Source: Oikopleura dioica (Eukaryota > Animalia > Chordata). From it: a stretch of DNA of 64,000 nt. A program made the position numbers and the translations under genes. Positions 1 to 16,103 of this stretch are shown here, piece by piece. The notes beneath the pieces were generated by a model. It ran no database searches, was not told the DNA's origin, and saw only the letters and a list, made by a program, of their open reading frames with translations. Each line of letters opens with the position of its first letter. The first letter of the stretch is position 1. Where the stretch lies: contig OU015567.1 of the NCBI GenBank assembly GCA_907165135.1, positions 1,240,001 to 1,304,000 on the forward strand, given 5' to 3'.

Positions 1-1658
1 GCACTCGGCAACAGGTTAATATTTGATTAATAGGTTAAATTCTGGGACCGAAATTCTCCATGATTTTTACGGCCTCCTGCCGAGACCAGCTGATAATATG
101 CGCGACCGGGGAATCGATTTTCGCGAAAAGACCAACAGTATTTCAGGTCATGTGATGATAATTGTTTCCAATAATCGCCGAATCCGGGTCTCGGCTTTTT
201 GCCCCTCCTCGCGCGGGCCCACTTGACTTGCCACAAAAATTAAGCTAAAATGGGGCACTTGAGGAATCTCTAAATTAGCGACTTGGATTCTGATTTTTCA
301 TCTTAGGCCCACTTTACTTATCGTCTTCCAAACAGCGAGCGAATATTTTTGAAATTCAAAAATTTCAATCTTAGAAAAAAAAAATCAATTTTTGAAAAAA
401 AAAATTTCTGATTTTTTTTAGAATTTTTTATTAAAAAACTCTTCAGAAAAAACGCTTCTTTCAAAACTCCTTATTCAAAAAAAGAGTAATCTCTCCATCC
501 AAAAACAAGCAATGACTGTTTAACACACAACACCAACAGCAGATAATCAGTCCCAAAAGCGGATCAAGCAATCGTAATTCCGCGAGAACATCTTTCGCGG
601 CCAGCAGCTCCGGTGCATGCTTAACCTTTTTGCTTGGGCTTAGCCAGCAGGAATTTAAAGGCAGCGCGACCAGATTGTGATGTCACGAAAAAAGGATCAA
701 AAAAGTATTTCAAACACTTTGGCTCGTCTTTTCTTTTCGATAGATTTTTGGCACCTTGAGCTTGAAATTCAAAATAGAGCATTTTTCTTAAAATTAACTT
801 TAACTTGTTCGCGCCAAAGGGGCCGAAAATGGCTCTCACGGGTCTTATTAGTCGGCCCGCCGGGCCAAAAGATTGTCCATATTGATAAAAAATCTGATGA
901 ACTGGTAGTTTTTCAATGAAACAAACTTTTGATTGTGTAAACAAGAGTTTTAATAATCGCCATTTTCGGTTTTGATAATAAACTGTTTCATTCAACCGAG
1001 GTGGTAATTTCGTGGTCGAGGTGGATTTTAGCGCTGAGTTCATTCGGTATTATGGTACTTATCAACGTGCGTGCCGATTTCCAATTTAATGTCGATCTGA
1101 TCCTCAAGGCTCAGCACTGGCTTGGTGGACACGAGAGATTTTGTGAGCGAGAGGCTTTTTGGATTTCCAATTTTGGGGTTCGGTGAAACCTCAAAAATAA
1201 CCAACGAGCTTTTTTTCAAGATCAAAAATCCAATTTTTCGGCTTAATTTGACTACGTTTTTTAATGAATACGCATGTTCAATTTCGAAATACTTAATTTA
1301 TGAGTCGAAAGAGTCGAAAAGAGTTGGAGAGCGTGTTTTTGGAAATTTTCCAAAGCTCGTAGAATTGGGCAACGTAGAAGCTGAATGATAACGTAATTCT
1401 CCCGTATGATCCGATAGAGATAAAATTAATAAGCAAAGTGCCGCACTCATGCTCTCTTCAAAAAACCGCCGACGATGCGATTTCGGCGAAGTTTCGGTGC
1501 TTTTCGTGCTCGTCTTTAATATTCAATACTTATGACTCGTAATTCATGGATAATAATTATTTTTATTAAGAATTTTGTTACTTCAGAACAAATATTGATA
1601 TTTTTGCAACATTTTATTGAATGATACGTCTTCCTCACGGGTCTCTTTTTATACCTAG

Positions 1659-1955
1659 TTTTCGGCTGATAGTAACCACCTGCTTTCGCTGAATCATAAA
1701 GGCCGTATACTCCGGGAACTGGAGTACAGAGGAGCTTATGTCAAAGCAAACCATTTGTTCAAAAATGGAACCATTTTGATTTCTACTGATTTTACTCAAA
1801 AAGAGTTTCTGAACGAAAAACTGACTCGCTATGCAAAAACGCAATCAGAAAATAAGTACCGCAAAGAGTGAGATTTTTTCATGAGCTGATTTGCGTTTTG
1901 GTACAGATGTCAAAATAAACATGTTCTCTTAGATCTGCGGAAATTCAATAAATGA
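1659..1955 (+). CDS. Last two exons of an orphan gene (FSADSNHLLSLNH...ECQNKHVLLDLRKFNK*); upstream exons between about 950 and 1550 unresolved
   Basis: AG acceptor at 1657-58, open frame to a GT donor at 1868, acceptor at 1905-06, stop at 1953-55. No recognisable domain. Confidence 0.3.
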
Positions 1956-2047
1956 CTAGTTACATCGTTCAAAATACCTATGCTCAGGTATATGCTCATT
2001 TATAACATGCAGAATTGCAAAAAAAAAATAATTTGCCGGCTCGGCAA

Positions 2048-2151
2048 ACTGTATCGAAAACCTGAGTCAGGGTCCTGAAAGAGTTTCTATCATAAGTCGC
2101 GTAGCGGCTTTTTTTAAAACAAAGGTCCCTGACACAGGTTTCTCACTCAGG
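2048..2151. mobile_element. Short hairpin (MITE-like) element, CCTGAGTCAGG-arm family, copy 1
   Basis: Left arm ACTGTATCGAAAACCTGAGTCAGGG and right arm CCCTGACACAGGTTTCTCACTCAGG form an imperfect inverted repeat; related copies at 3438, 4886, 41734. Confidence 0.6.
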
Positions 2152-2390
2152 AAACCGAAGCTAGAATTTTTTAACAATATATATTTTTATTTCAAAATCT
2201 TGTTCTTTTTTGAAGGAATGAATTGTTCTAAAGAAATAACAGTGAGCGAAATAAAGAATGAAGCGTGAGGCTAGAATTTTAGCATTTCTTTTTTTTTTGA
2301 ATAATTGGAAGTCGAGAAAAAATAAAATTGAAAGAGTGATGGTGAAGGAAATTTCAAATTTCTGAATTTCACGAGTTATTGAAAATTGAG

Positions 2391-5133
2391 CTAAGTGGAG
2401 GATTGAGCTTGATCGTCGTTTTTCGGCGGTGATTCGGAAGATTGAGCAGGTGATTCTTGGGAAGAAGTGGGATCAGAAGTAGTGGCAGGAGGTTTTTCTG
2501 GTGATTTTGGAGACTTTCCGGTAGCTGCTTCGATTTGTTGGAAGTGACGGGCCTGAAAGAAAAGGGATTGAAACATTTGTGGACGGAATTTCGGCAGGAA
2601 GAAATCAATCCGGGCAAAAATATGCTTTTGTGTCTGGACTACCCCCAAAAAACGACAGATCCAGTTGAAAAATAAACTCGTTAACGTATAGATAGAGGTG
2701 TATTTTTAAGTAAATTTTCGAAGTACTTCTAGCGGATAATGATTCATTTTGCAAAAAAGAATGGTTCAAATTTGAGTATTTGAGAACGTTGCTCGATTTA
2801 TATATGGGTTTTTATTTGCGAACAGCTGGTTAGGCCTTGTGTTCGAATTGTACTTGATGATATGGGTTCTTTGAGGATCGAACCGATTGGGCAAAAACAA
2901 AGATACCTGTAGTGCTCGGCATAACTTTTCGAGCTTCTCGACTTGGTTAGTTTTCTTCTTGAGCTCGTCTTCTTTCTTTTTGAGCGACTCTCCTTGCGTC
3001 AGCGTTTTCTCAGTGGCGATGATGAGTTGATTCTGCGCCGATTGATGCTTTGATTTCCAATCGACCACAGCTTTTTCCAGCCGCTCGTTGATCTTCTTCA
3101 TTTTCGACATCTCCGTACTAGAAGAAGATTTGAGATTGGAATGGGAAAAGGGAGGAACCTGAAGCCGTTGATGGCAGTGTTGGATTTGGCAAGCGAGTCG
3201 GTGAATTCTTCGAATCGAGCAGCGTAGTATTTTACTTGTTCTTGCAGATTTATGCGCTCTTGGTTCACTTTATCCATCGTTTCTGTCTGAAAAGGAGGAT
3301 TGACTAGATAAATATTGCTCTATATTAGGCAATATTGGAGTTTGTTTACCAATCAGAAACGATTAAGAGCCGATAAGATGCCCCAATTAATCAAAAACCT
3401 CCTTTTAGAGAATGCTGCTTCAGAACCTGTCTCAGAAACCTGCGTAAAAGGCTGAGTCAGGATGCGGAAATAGCCTTTCACCTGACTCAGGTTTCCACAC
3501 AGGTTGCCGAGCCAAGTTCCCGGCCATACTACTGAAGCTTTTGAAAAAATGACTAGAAATTACCTTTTCCGATAGATACTCTTTGACCTTCTCATGTTCC
3601 ATTTCTCGAGCATCCATAAGCGTTTTAATCTAAAATTGTTTATTATAAAGGGAAGAGAATCTGTAAGACGGACCTTTTGTCTGAGAAGCACATCTTGCTG
3701 CTTGAGGGCGTCGATAGTTTTCATCAGAGCGCTTTCTCGCTCCTCCGATTTCGCGATTACTTGCTCCAAAGAATCGGATAAATCTGAGTTGCGCTGCCGA
3801 AGAGTTTCGTTCACATTTGCGTTTTCGTCTACAATCAAAGTAAAAGATTTTTTTTAATTATTTTTTATTTAATTCTTTCCATCCGAGATAACAAACATAC
3901 GTTTGAATGATGATATCATTTTATTCGACTCAATAATTTGTTGCTTATCTTCATAGATTTTCTGGTTTCACCAAAAAAAAAGATACTTCGTAAACGCATT
4001 TCTACTTTAGTTTCATTTTTCCATGCTCTTTTCCCAGCCAAAGCTGATTTTAAACTCAAACATCAGCTGATTCCATATAGCAACTGATTTTCAGAGCGCC
4101 AGCTGATTGAAAATACTAAAAAGGAAGCGAGCATCGTCTACTTTATTCCGAGAAAATGAAAACTTGAACTGATATTGGTTTTTCATAGACCCGCTCAAGG
4201 AAAAAACGACGATGAAAACTAATGAAAATCGCGGAGAACGCAGCTTTGCAATACAATTCAAACAGAAATATTGAGGAATAAAATGAAATTCTCAACCAAA
4301 CAAAGGTATCCCATAGCCAAATTCTATATTTCTCATTTTAAATAAAAGAAAAAATTGTTACCTAATTGTTTTGAAATTGATTCTAGCGAGTTCTGAAACT
4401 TCTCGATTAGATGCTTTCTCTGGGCGTCGTCTTCTTTTGTCTTTTTGATGACTTCTGCTTTGATTTTGCGATTTTGATCCTGCAGCTCGCGTGAGAGGTT
4501 CTGTAATGCGTTGATTGTCGCTGTGTCCTTTTCTTTTTTCTTCATGAAATCGGTCGAAGTCTGGACCAGCGCGTAATTGTCTCGTTGAAGCTAAAAGTAT
4601 GAGATGAGTTGAGAGGAGAGTTGGAAAGAAACCTTTTTGTATTTGGCGGTGGCGGACTGAAGAGATTGTTTGAGAAGATTGTGTTCGTCGACCAAGTCGG
4701 AGTATTTTTGCAGAGCGCGGCTATTCGCTCTTCCGGGGAATTCAGAATCGACAGTGCCTGAAAACGAGATGAAAGAGGGGGAAAATAATCTTCATTTTCG
4801 AGACAAAACAAAACGAAATCTAGGCTAACAAGACTTTAGCTCAACGGTTGAAGCCTCAACCTACTTCTCCTGAAAACCTGTGCAACCTGTGTTAAAAACC
4901 TTAGTCAGGCTCCTGTAGCAAGTCCGAGAAGCCTAACTCAGGTTTTGTATACAGGTAATAGTAGAAGAAAGTGGTACCTCCATAAGTTCCTCGACATCTT
5001 TTCCGAATTTGATCTTTTTGGTTGAACTCGACGCGGTCGACGATTCGGATCCATTTGATGTCGTCGAGCATTGCGAAGTATTCAACGATGTGGACTCAGA
5101 CGGCAGTGCATTCTGGGACGTCTCTAGAAACAT
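2391..5133 (-). CDS. TXLN: Taxilin-family coiled-coil protein, multi-exon, with an apparent 1-nt frameshift at 4705-4709
   Basis: Spliced translation gives taxilin hallmarks: SPEERIAALCK(K)YSDLVDEH, LQNLSRELQDQNRK, RFEEFTDSLAKSN..F..EMSKMKK, VEKLEKLCRALQ. GT-AG introns keep phase. Confidence 0.9.
3438..3504. mobile_element. CCTGAGTCAGG-arm hairpin element, copy 2 (taxilin intron)
   Basis: ACCTGCGTAAAAGGCTGAGTCAGG...CCTGACTCAGGTTTCCACACAGGT inverted arms. Confidence 0.6.
4886..4956. mobile_element. CCTGAGTCAGG-arm hairpin element, copy 3 (taxilin intron 1)
   Basis: ACCTGTGTTAAAAACCTTAGTCAGG...CCTAACTCAGGTTTTGTATACAGGT inverted arms. Confidence 0.6.
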
Positions 5134-5865
5134 TGTCAAAAACAATTAACCCTATCTTCGTTTCTTTTACCGATTTCGGAAGACATTTTCTCGAGATTCT
5201 TTCAACTCGTTTTCTCTCTATTTTCCAGTTCTTTTTTTTCGGAAATCGAAAAAAATCAAGTCTTTCTTCAATTTTTCGACCAATCGCCCCCGCCTGGGAA
5301 TTCAAAATCGCCCACGCTGCCTGTTTTTTCACAATTATATTTCAGCGAGAATAAAGGAAAAATGAAGTGTTGAGAGAAGAACGATTGAGAATTCGAAAAA
5401 AATGAGAGAAAGAAAATTGGTTTTATAACGATCTGTTTCTAGAATTTATTCCTAACTTGTGAGACATTTATCCTTCGCTGTTTTTATTTCTTACTGAAAG
5501 AGCTATTGTTTTATAAAATGATATCATCATCAAGACAACAGGATGCTGCAATAAATCTGCAAAATTCATTTAAAACTGATCACTAATTTGAAGTCTATTC
5601 AAGCGAATTTTAATTTGATTCGTTCTAAAATGACGCCTTTATATCCGAAATGATTCTGAAATCACTTCGCTTTCCGTACATTGGCTGAAGATTTTTCACA
5701 GTTCTCTTAATAATACAATAAGAAATTAATCCCATTTGCTTGATTTTCTCCAATTTAGAAAGCCAAACTTGCGCCCTTCGAACCTCTTGAAGGGACAAAG
5801 GTGCTGTTCTAGATTCAATAAGTTGATATTTGAAAAGTTGACTTCAATTTGTTCAGATTTTATGA

Positions 5866-11137
<5,272 letters not shown>

Positions 11138-11645
11138 TTTTCCTAGCGTTATGTTTAAATTCTTTTGTTCAAACTCTTTTTTGCTTATTTTTTCCATCTT
11201 ATAAATAATTTATGTAGATTTCATTTTCTTTTCAAAAAAGAAACAAGTTCAACTTGTGTTAGTGCTTACAACTTTCACCTCCAGAAACATCCGTCGGAAT
11301 TCATACAGTAGCTTGCCCAAAAAGGGATTACCCCTTTTGAGGGTCAAGCTAGAAGCGTTTCTGGGGTCGAAAAGTCGAAAAATTACAGAAATTTTCATTT
11401 CCTTCTTCAAGAGTTTTAAAAGATCATATTCCTTAAAAACAAAATTCACATGTGCCCTGAATTAGAAATAAAGAAAAGTCAATTATTGAAATTTACCTTG
11501 TTTTTTTAGCGTTCAAATTTATTGTTTCACGTAGGCAATAATACAAAGTCAAAGCAAAATGAAAATACAGTCAGATAAATTTATAAATTAACGGATGTCA
11601 GTTATTTAAACTTCATACATCTTAAAACTTGGAACTTTTTACAGC

Positions 11646-12269
11646 TTAAAATTCAGTGTACTCAAAATTAAGGCTTTCATTGTCCACTGTTCTTACTGAT
11701 GGCGTTTTTGGTCGACCTGAAGGTTTTCAGAAACGATCATTGTGTGACGACTTACGGATGGCGGAATGGCTTGCTTCGGGAAAGACAAATCCACTAGGCG
11801 GATTGTAATTTGGGGTGATGGGCGTTAGGGTGGTTTGTGTAATAAGAGGCACTTGGCGGCTGAAGTTCAGGGACTACAACGATTTTTGAGCAAATACGGG
11901 AGGTGAATACCGTTAAGGAGAGGCAGAACTTACTGTAGGCCGAAGTCGTTTTGGCACAGAGGTCGGTGGTGGCAGCTCAGAAGTCAAGATTGAAACCGTA
12001 TCTGAAGCGACATTTGATTGGCTTGTTTTTCTTGCACCTGTACCTGTGTTACTGTTTCTCCGATCTTCCCGCAAGCTGGAAATCAAACTGACCGATCCAT
12101 AGCTTGGCGCGTAGCTTTTCGGCTGATAATAAGGCTCCATCCCGTCAGTCTCAACATAAAGCACTTCGTAGTTTCTATAATTTTTCTCGCGTTTGAACTT
12201 GTCGAATTTGTTCAGCTGCGTGTCGAGCCAGACCCAGCGGTTCCGCAGCTCGTTCCACTTGTCCGCCAT
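11646..12269 (-). CDS. Orphan Ser/Pro-rich protein, 3 exons, ending ...LNFEYTEF*; a possible upstream TM exon (MPIGIIIIAVIGVACFIAAKCC) at about 12940-13025 could not be joined in frame
   Basis: ORF 11913-12269 with a GTAAGT donor and two further phase-compatible GT-AG exons; stop at 11646-48. Confidence 0.5.
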
Positions 12270-13914
12270 CCATCCTTAACGATATCTTGAGCTTGGAGCA
12301 TCAAAGGGCTAATTTATTTATTAAAATTTCCAGATGATCAAAGGATTGAGAGAAAGTCTCCCCCAGTGTTGCTCTGCTCGGTTCCGTAGAAGGATGAAAA
12401 CAAGGGGTATCTATGATGAAGCAACTTTTTTGATGAAGTACAAATATTTCTAAGAAGCTAAAAGTAGGGTAAACTTTATAAAATGAGCTCTTTTTAAACT
12501 AAGTTTTAACTAAGTATGAGAAGAAAACAATGCACCTGAATGGCAATCGACCTCAAATACCATTAAATCTCTCAGTATATTAATCATCCCCTCCTATCAA
12601 TATTGAATATGATCCTTAGCTTCGGAGTATATCTTTTTATGGGACTGCATTTTTAGATTACCAATAAGATTGCTCTATTTGGCTTACCTGCCAATAAAAA
12701 CCCTGATCCATAAAATCACTTCCATAAATTCGTTTGACCTTGAGCTTCTCAGGGTTCAACGAGGCCGAAAATCGAGTTTTTTTTATCGAGTTTCCTTTCT
12801 GATCTTATCTTTTCGTGAACTCAACATTGAGGTCAGGTATCTTTTTAATTCTTAAGGCTCCCTTTTTCTTTTATATGATTTTATTATAAATAAAAGGCTT
12901 TAAAAATCGGGAAAAGACTTGTTTTTAGATATTTTACCTAGTGGATCAATATGAACCCCACAGCATTTTGCGGCAATAAAACAGGCAACTCCGATCACAG
13001 CAATAATGATGATACCAATAGGCATTTTCTGTCTCTGGCGTTTCTCGATTTCTTAATTTCTATAGTTGCTTTTTTTTCTCAGAATGATTGATCTCTTCTA
13101 GGAAACAAATGCATTTTTGCGATTTTCGATGCAATCTTGATTGTAGATAAAGGTAGCCAGTTTTCCGCATGCACGGGGGAAGGAAGAGTATTCGCAAATA
13201 TTAACGGTTATTGCTTTTGTGAGTCATTTTTTGTGTTAGACGTCGCGATAGTCAAATTCTCCAGGAATTTGGTATTGTGAAATCATCAAAGTTTTTGGCA
13301 TTATTGCATTTTTAGCTGAAGAAAAATACAGATATTGATTTAAAGACCGCCCCCCCGTCAGCTTTTTCCATCGAGAAATTGAAATTTTAGAAAACACCAT
13401 ATTTTTGGTTCTGAATTTGTCTAATGACGAATTCGTCAGTCACGATTCGTGGCAGTTACTGCATATTCTTTCTAATGCACCTGCTATATTATCCATACAT
13501 TCATTACATATTCCTTCAAGAATCCCAGATCGGTATATTTTGAATAAGAACTCGATTTTACTATTTCGAAGATTTTTCATTGCATATAATCAAATAATAA
13601 AGTCTCGCAGATTGGGGAAGAAGAAGACGAATAGTCTTATACCATTCGTAAATTTGACAGTTGATTGATTAATATTTCCTTTTTGTGTGAGTTCAGGGAA
13701 AGATTTTATTGTTCTCCGAGCACAAGAATCTGTTTCGACAATAAATAAATAAATTCTTTTTCGTTCAAATAATGAATGTTCATTTGTAACCCAAAAAGAA
13801 AGGATTGAAAATTCTTTAAAAATTTTTTTTTAAATCTTGGCTAAAGACCCTTCCGTAGAGAAGGGTAATCCTTCGAGCCCATGATTCAAGCCAATATCTC
13901 TAGAATCTGGGCTA

Positions 13915-14100
13915 GTGATTAGGGTTAGGGACTAGGAACTCTCAAGGGGGGTTCCGGGGGCGAAGCCCCCTAGCTTAGGCCTTAGGTGGGGCGTCCTGGC
14001 GGGCGTACCCCCCTGGGTTAGGTTTGAGGTTAGGGGCAGTTCGAATGATACTTTCGGGTGAACTCAAAACCCTAACCCTGAAGATTTTTGCTTAATCCTA
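13915..14100. repeat. GC-rich repeat with TTAGGG/CCCTAA-like units and a GGGGCGAAGCCCC hairpin
   Basis: TTAGGGTTAGGG at about 13919, ACCCTAACCCT at about 14089; related reverse-complement segment at 38125-38195 and inside 29560-29700. Confidence 0.55.
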
Positions 14101-14592
14101 TCCAGGAGACCTACTTTTGCCCAAATAATGAAGAATCGACAGTGTATAGTTTATTCAATCGAGAATAAACTTTGGGGTACGGAAGCGACCAGAACTCTGA
14201 TGGCTGATTGACAAATATACGAATAAGAACAGAAATACCGGTGGCCAATTTCTATAATATCCATCATTATTCTCAGAGATTGTACATAATTTAAGTTAAC
14301 TATTTCTTTTGAAGCGAGCACATGTGCATCTGCTGATCAAAAGCATTTCTGGCATACCAAGTAATGATTTCTCCCTTTCACGGGCGATAGAATCGACTTC
14401 CTGCCACCTCTCCTCAATTATCCGTGTGCTACCTCGATTCCTAGAGCGTGCTTCCACAATTGTAAACGCACATCAAAGCACTCATACTTGAATAATCGCA
14501 CATTCTCGCCTATTTAAACGCCCTGGAGAATCCTCCTTCATCATAAATTGAATACATTCAATCTTTGATAAAAAGAATAGAAACTAATAGAA

Positions 14593-15129
14593 ATGGGCGC
14601 ATTTTTGTTAGCTTTCTTCTTTTTGCATTTTCCGTTGCTCACTCTTGCTGAAAAATACAAGACATGTGAAGAATACAACAGCTTCCGGCACATCGCTGCA
14701 GGCGAAAATTTCGGCCTCTTGAAGCCTATCAACCACACGACGCGGAAAACCTGCGTGACCCTCTGCCAGGATGTCTCCTACATCCTCCGCCTTCAGTTCC
14801 CCGAAGACTGCCACCGAGCTTTTGACAGCAAAATCAAACAGTGCCGATTGCTGAATCTCCCGAAGCTGACCAAGGCGATCAGGAAATCCGCGAATGTAGA
14901 AGAAGATTCAAGAATCACCGTCCCTTACGGCGATTTCTGCAGACTTCTCTGCGAACGACACCCTTATTGCTACGCAGCGGAAACCAGATCAGTTGGAAGA
15001 GCGGGGTATTACTGTAACTTTATTCACAGAAGCAACCGAAGACCGAACCCGTCGAAGATTTGCGAGAGAAAAAGGTGCACCACTTTCATTTGCGAAAAAA
15101 CTGATCAAAATTTGCTTATCATGAAATAA
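14593..15129 (+). CDS. Secreted protein with two PAN/apple-like Cys modules
   Basis: Signal peptide MGAFLLAFFFLHFPLLTLA; CVTLCQD...DCHRAF...QCRLL and CRLLCERHPYCYAA...YCNF patterns typical of PAN domains. Confidence 0.7.
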   Translation: MGAFLLAFFFLHFPLLTLAEKYKTCEEYNSFRHIAAGENFGLLKPINHTTRKTCVTLCQDVSYILRLQFPEDCHRAFDSKIKQCRLLNLPKLTKAIRKSANVEEDSRITVPYGDFCRLLCERHPYCYAAETRSVGRAGYYCNFIHRSNRRPNPSKICERKRCTTFICEKTDQNLLIMK

Positions 15130-15285
15130 ACACCAAAAAACACAAGCTTATTTAATTTGAGCGTCGATAAACCACAAAAAGTCCTCGTTGTTTTCCTCGA
15201 TGTCTTCGAATAAGAGCCACGAATCCATTGACGTCTCCTGGCTGTGGCTTGGGTTTCGTTTCCATCCTTAATTCGCTAAAAATTT

Positions 15286-15759
15286 TCATTTGTCAAACGA
15301 ATTGTCACCTTTATTCGGTCGTTCTCCAGCACGAATAAGATAGGGACAGGTTTCTTGCTCGCAGTGCTGTTTGTCGAGAATCCAAGTGTCGCCGAATTCC
15401 GAACAAAAAGGGTTGTTATCTCCGAACGACCTCTGCAAAACAAAGTCAAATAGGCTCGGATCTTCGTGGAGAGTCGGTGATGAGATGGTGGGGAGTGTTG
15501 TTGATGAAAAAGTGATTGTCGAAGAGGTTATTGGTGAAGAGAATACTGATGAAGTGCTTGTCGATGAAGTTGGTTCCATTGTCTGCGCTGGAATCGTTGA
15601 AGATGGGGAAGTCTCGACTTCTATCGTGGATGTTGTCGGGTCTGTAGTTGTCGTTCTCGGCTTCTTTTTTGGAAACATTGCTGGGGACGACAAAGATATG
15701 GAAACAATGGAGAAAAACGTAAAAGTGATCACTACTGTGACGACATTCCTTCTTTTCAT
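15286..15759 (-). CDS. Mucin-like Ser/Thr-rich protein with N-terminal anchor/signal and C-terminal Cys module (3' end possibly spliced further)
   Basis: Basic N-terminus plus hydrophobic stretch, long S/T/P tract, then FCSEFGDTWILDKQHCEQETCPY. Confidence 0.6.
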   Translation of the reverse strand: MKRRNVVTVVITFTFFSIVSISLSSPAMFPKKKPRTTTTDPTTSTIEVETSPSSTIPAQTMEPTSSTSTSSVFSSPITSSTITFSSTTLPTISSPTLHEDPSLFDFVLQRSFGDNNPFCSEFGDTWILDKQHCEQETCPYLIRAGERPNKGDNSFDK

Positions 15760-16103
15760 TCTTGGAATTTTCGAAATTCTACTCCTTCGGGACAGCTCTA
15801 TTGGTCGAACATTAAATGAGAACTCTACTCATTTTCGCTCTGTCTTATATGTTGTGTTTACAAGAATTATGCGTGTCAATAGAGACTATCACAGCCATAA
15901 TCACTTCAGCTGTCCTGCATAATCGATTGATAAGCAGTTGTCCTAGTTTCTTTCCTGGTTCGAATTTCTGACATAAATCTGCCACCGCCAGAGGAAGCTG
16001 ACTTCCATAAGACACACCCAAATATTGCTTTTTAGAAAAAATTTGCTTTGTTTTAAGTTTATTTGGCCAAAAGTCTTGGAATGAAAAAATGCAATAATTT
16101 ATC

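Noticed and set aside
13440-13585. Short minus-strand ORF with CxxC...CxxC (GICNEC...ICSNCH)
   Set aside because: Only about 46 codons with no splice or homology support; insufficient to call.
15371-15922. 183-aa plus-strand ORF rich in V/D/E
   Set aside because: It is the antisense shadow of the Ser/Thr-rich mucin-like gene.
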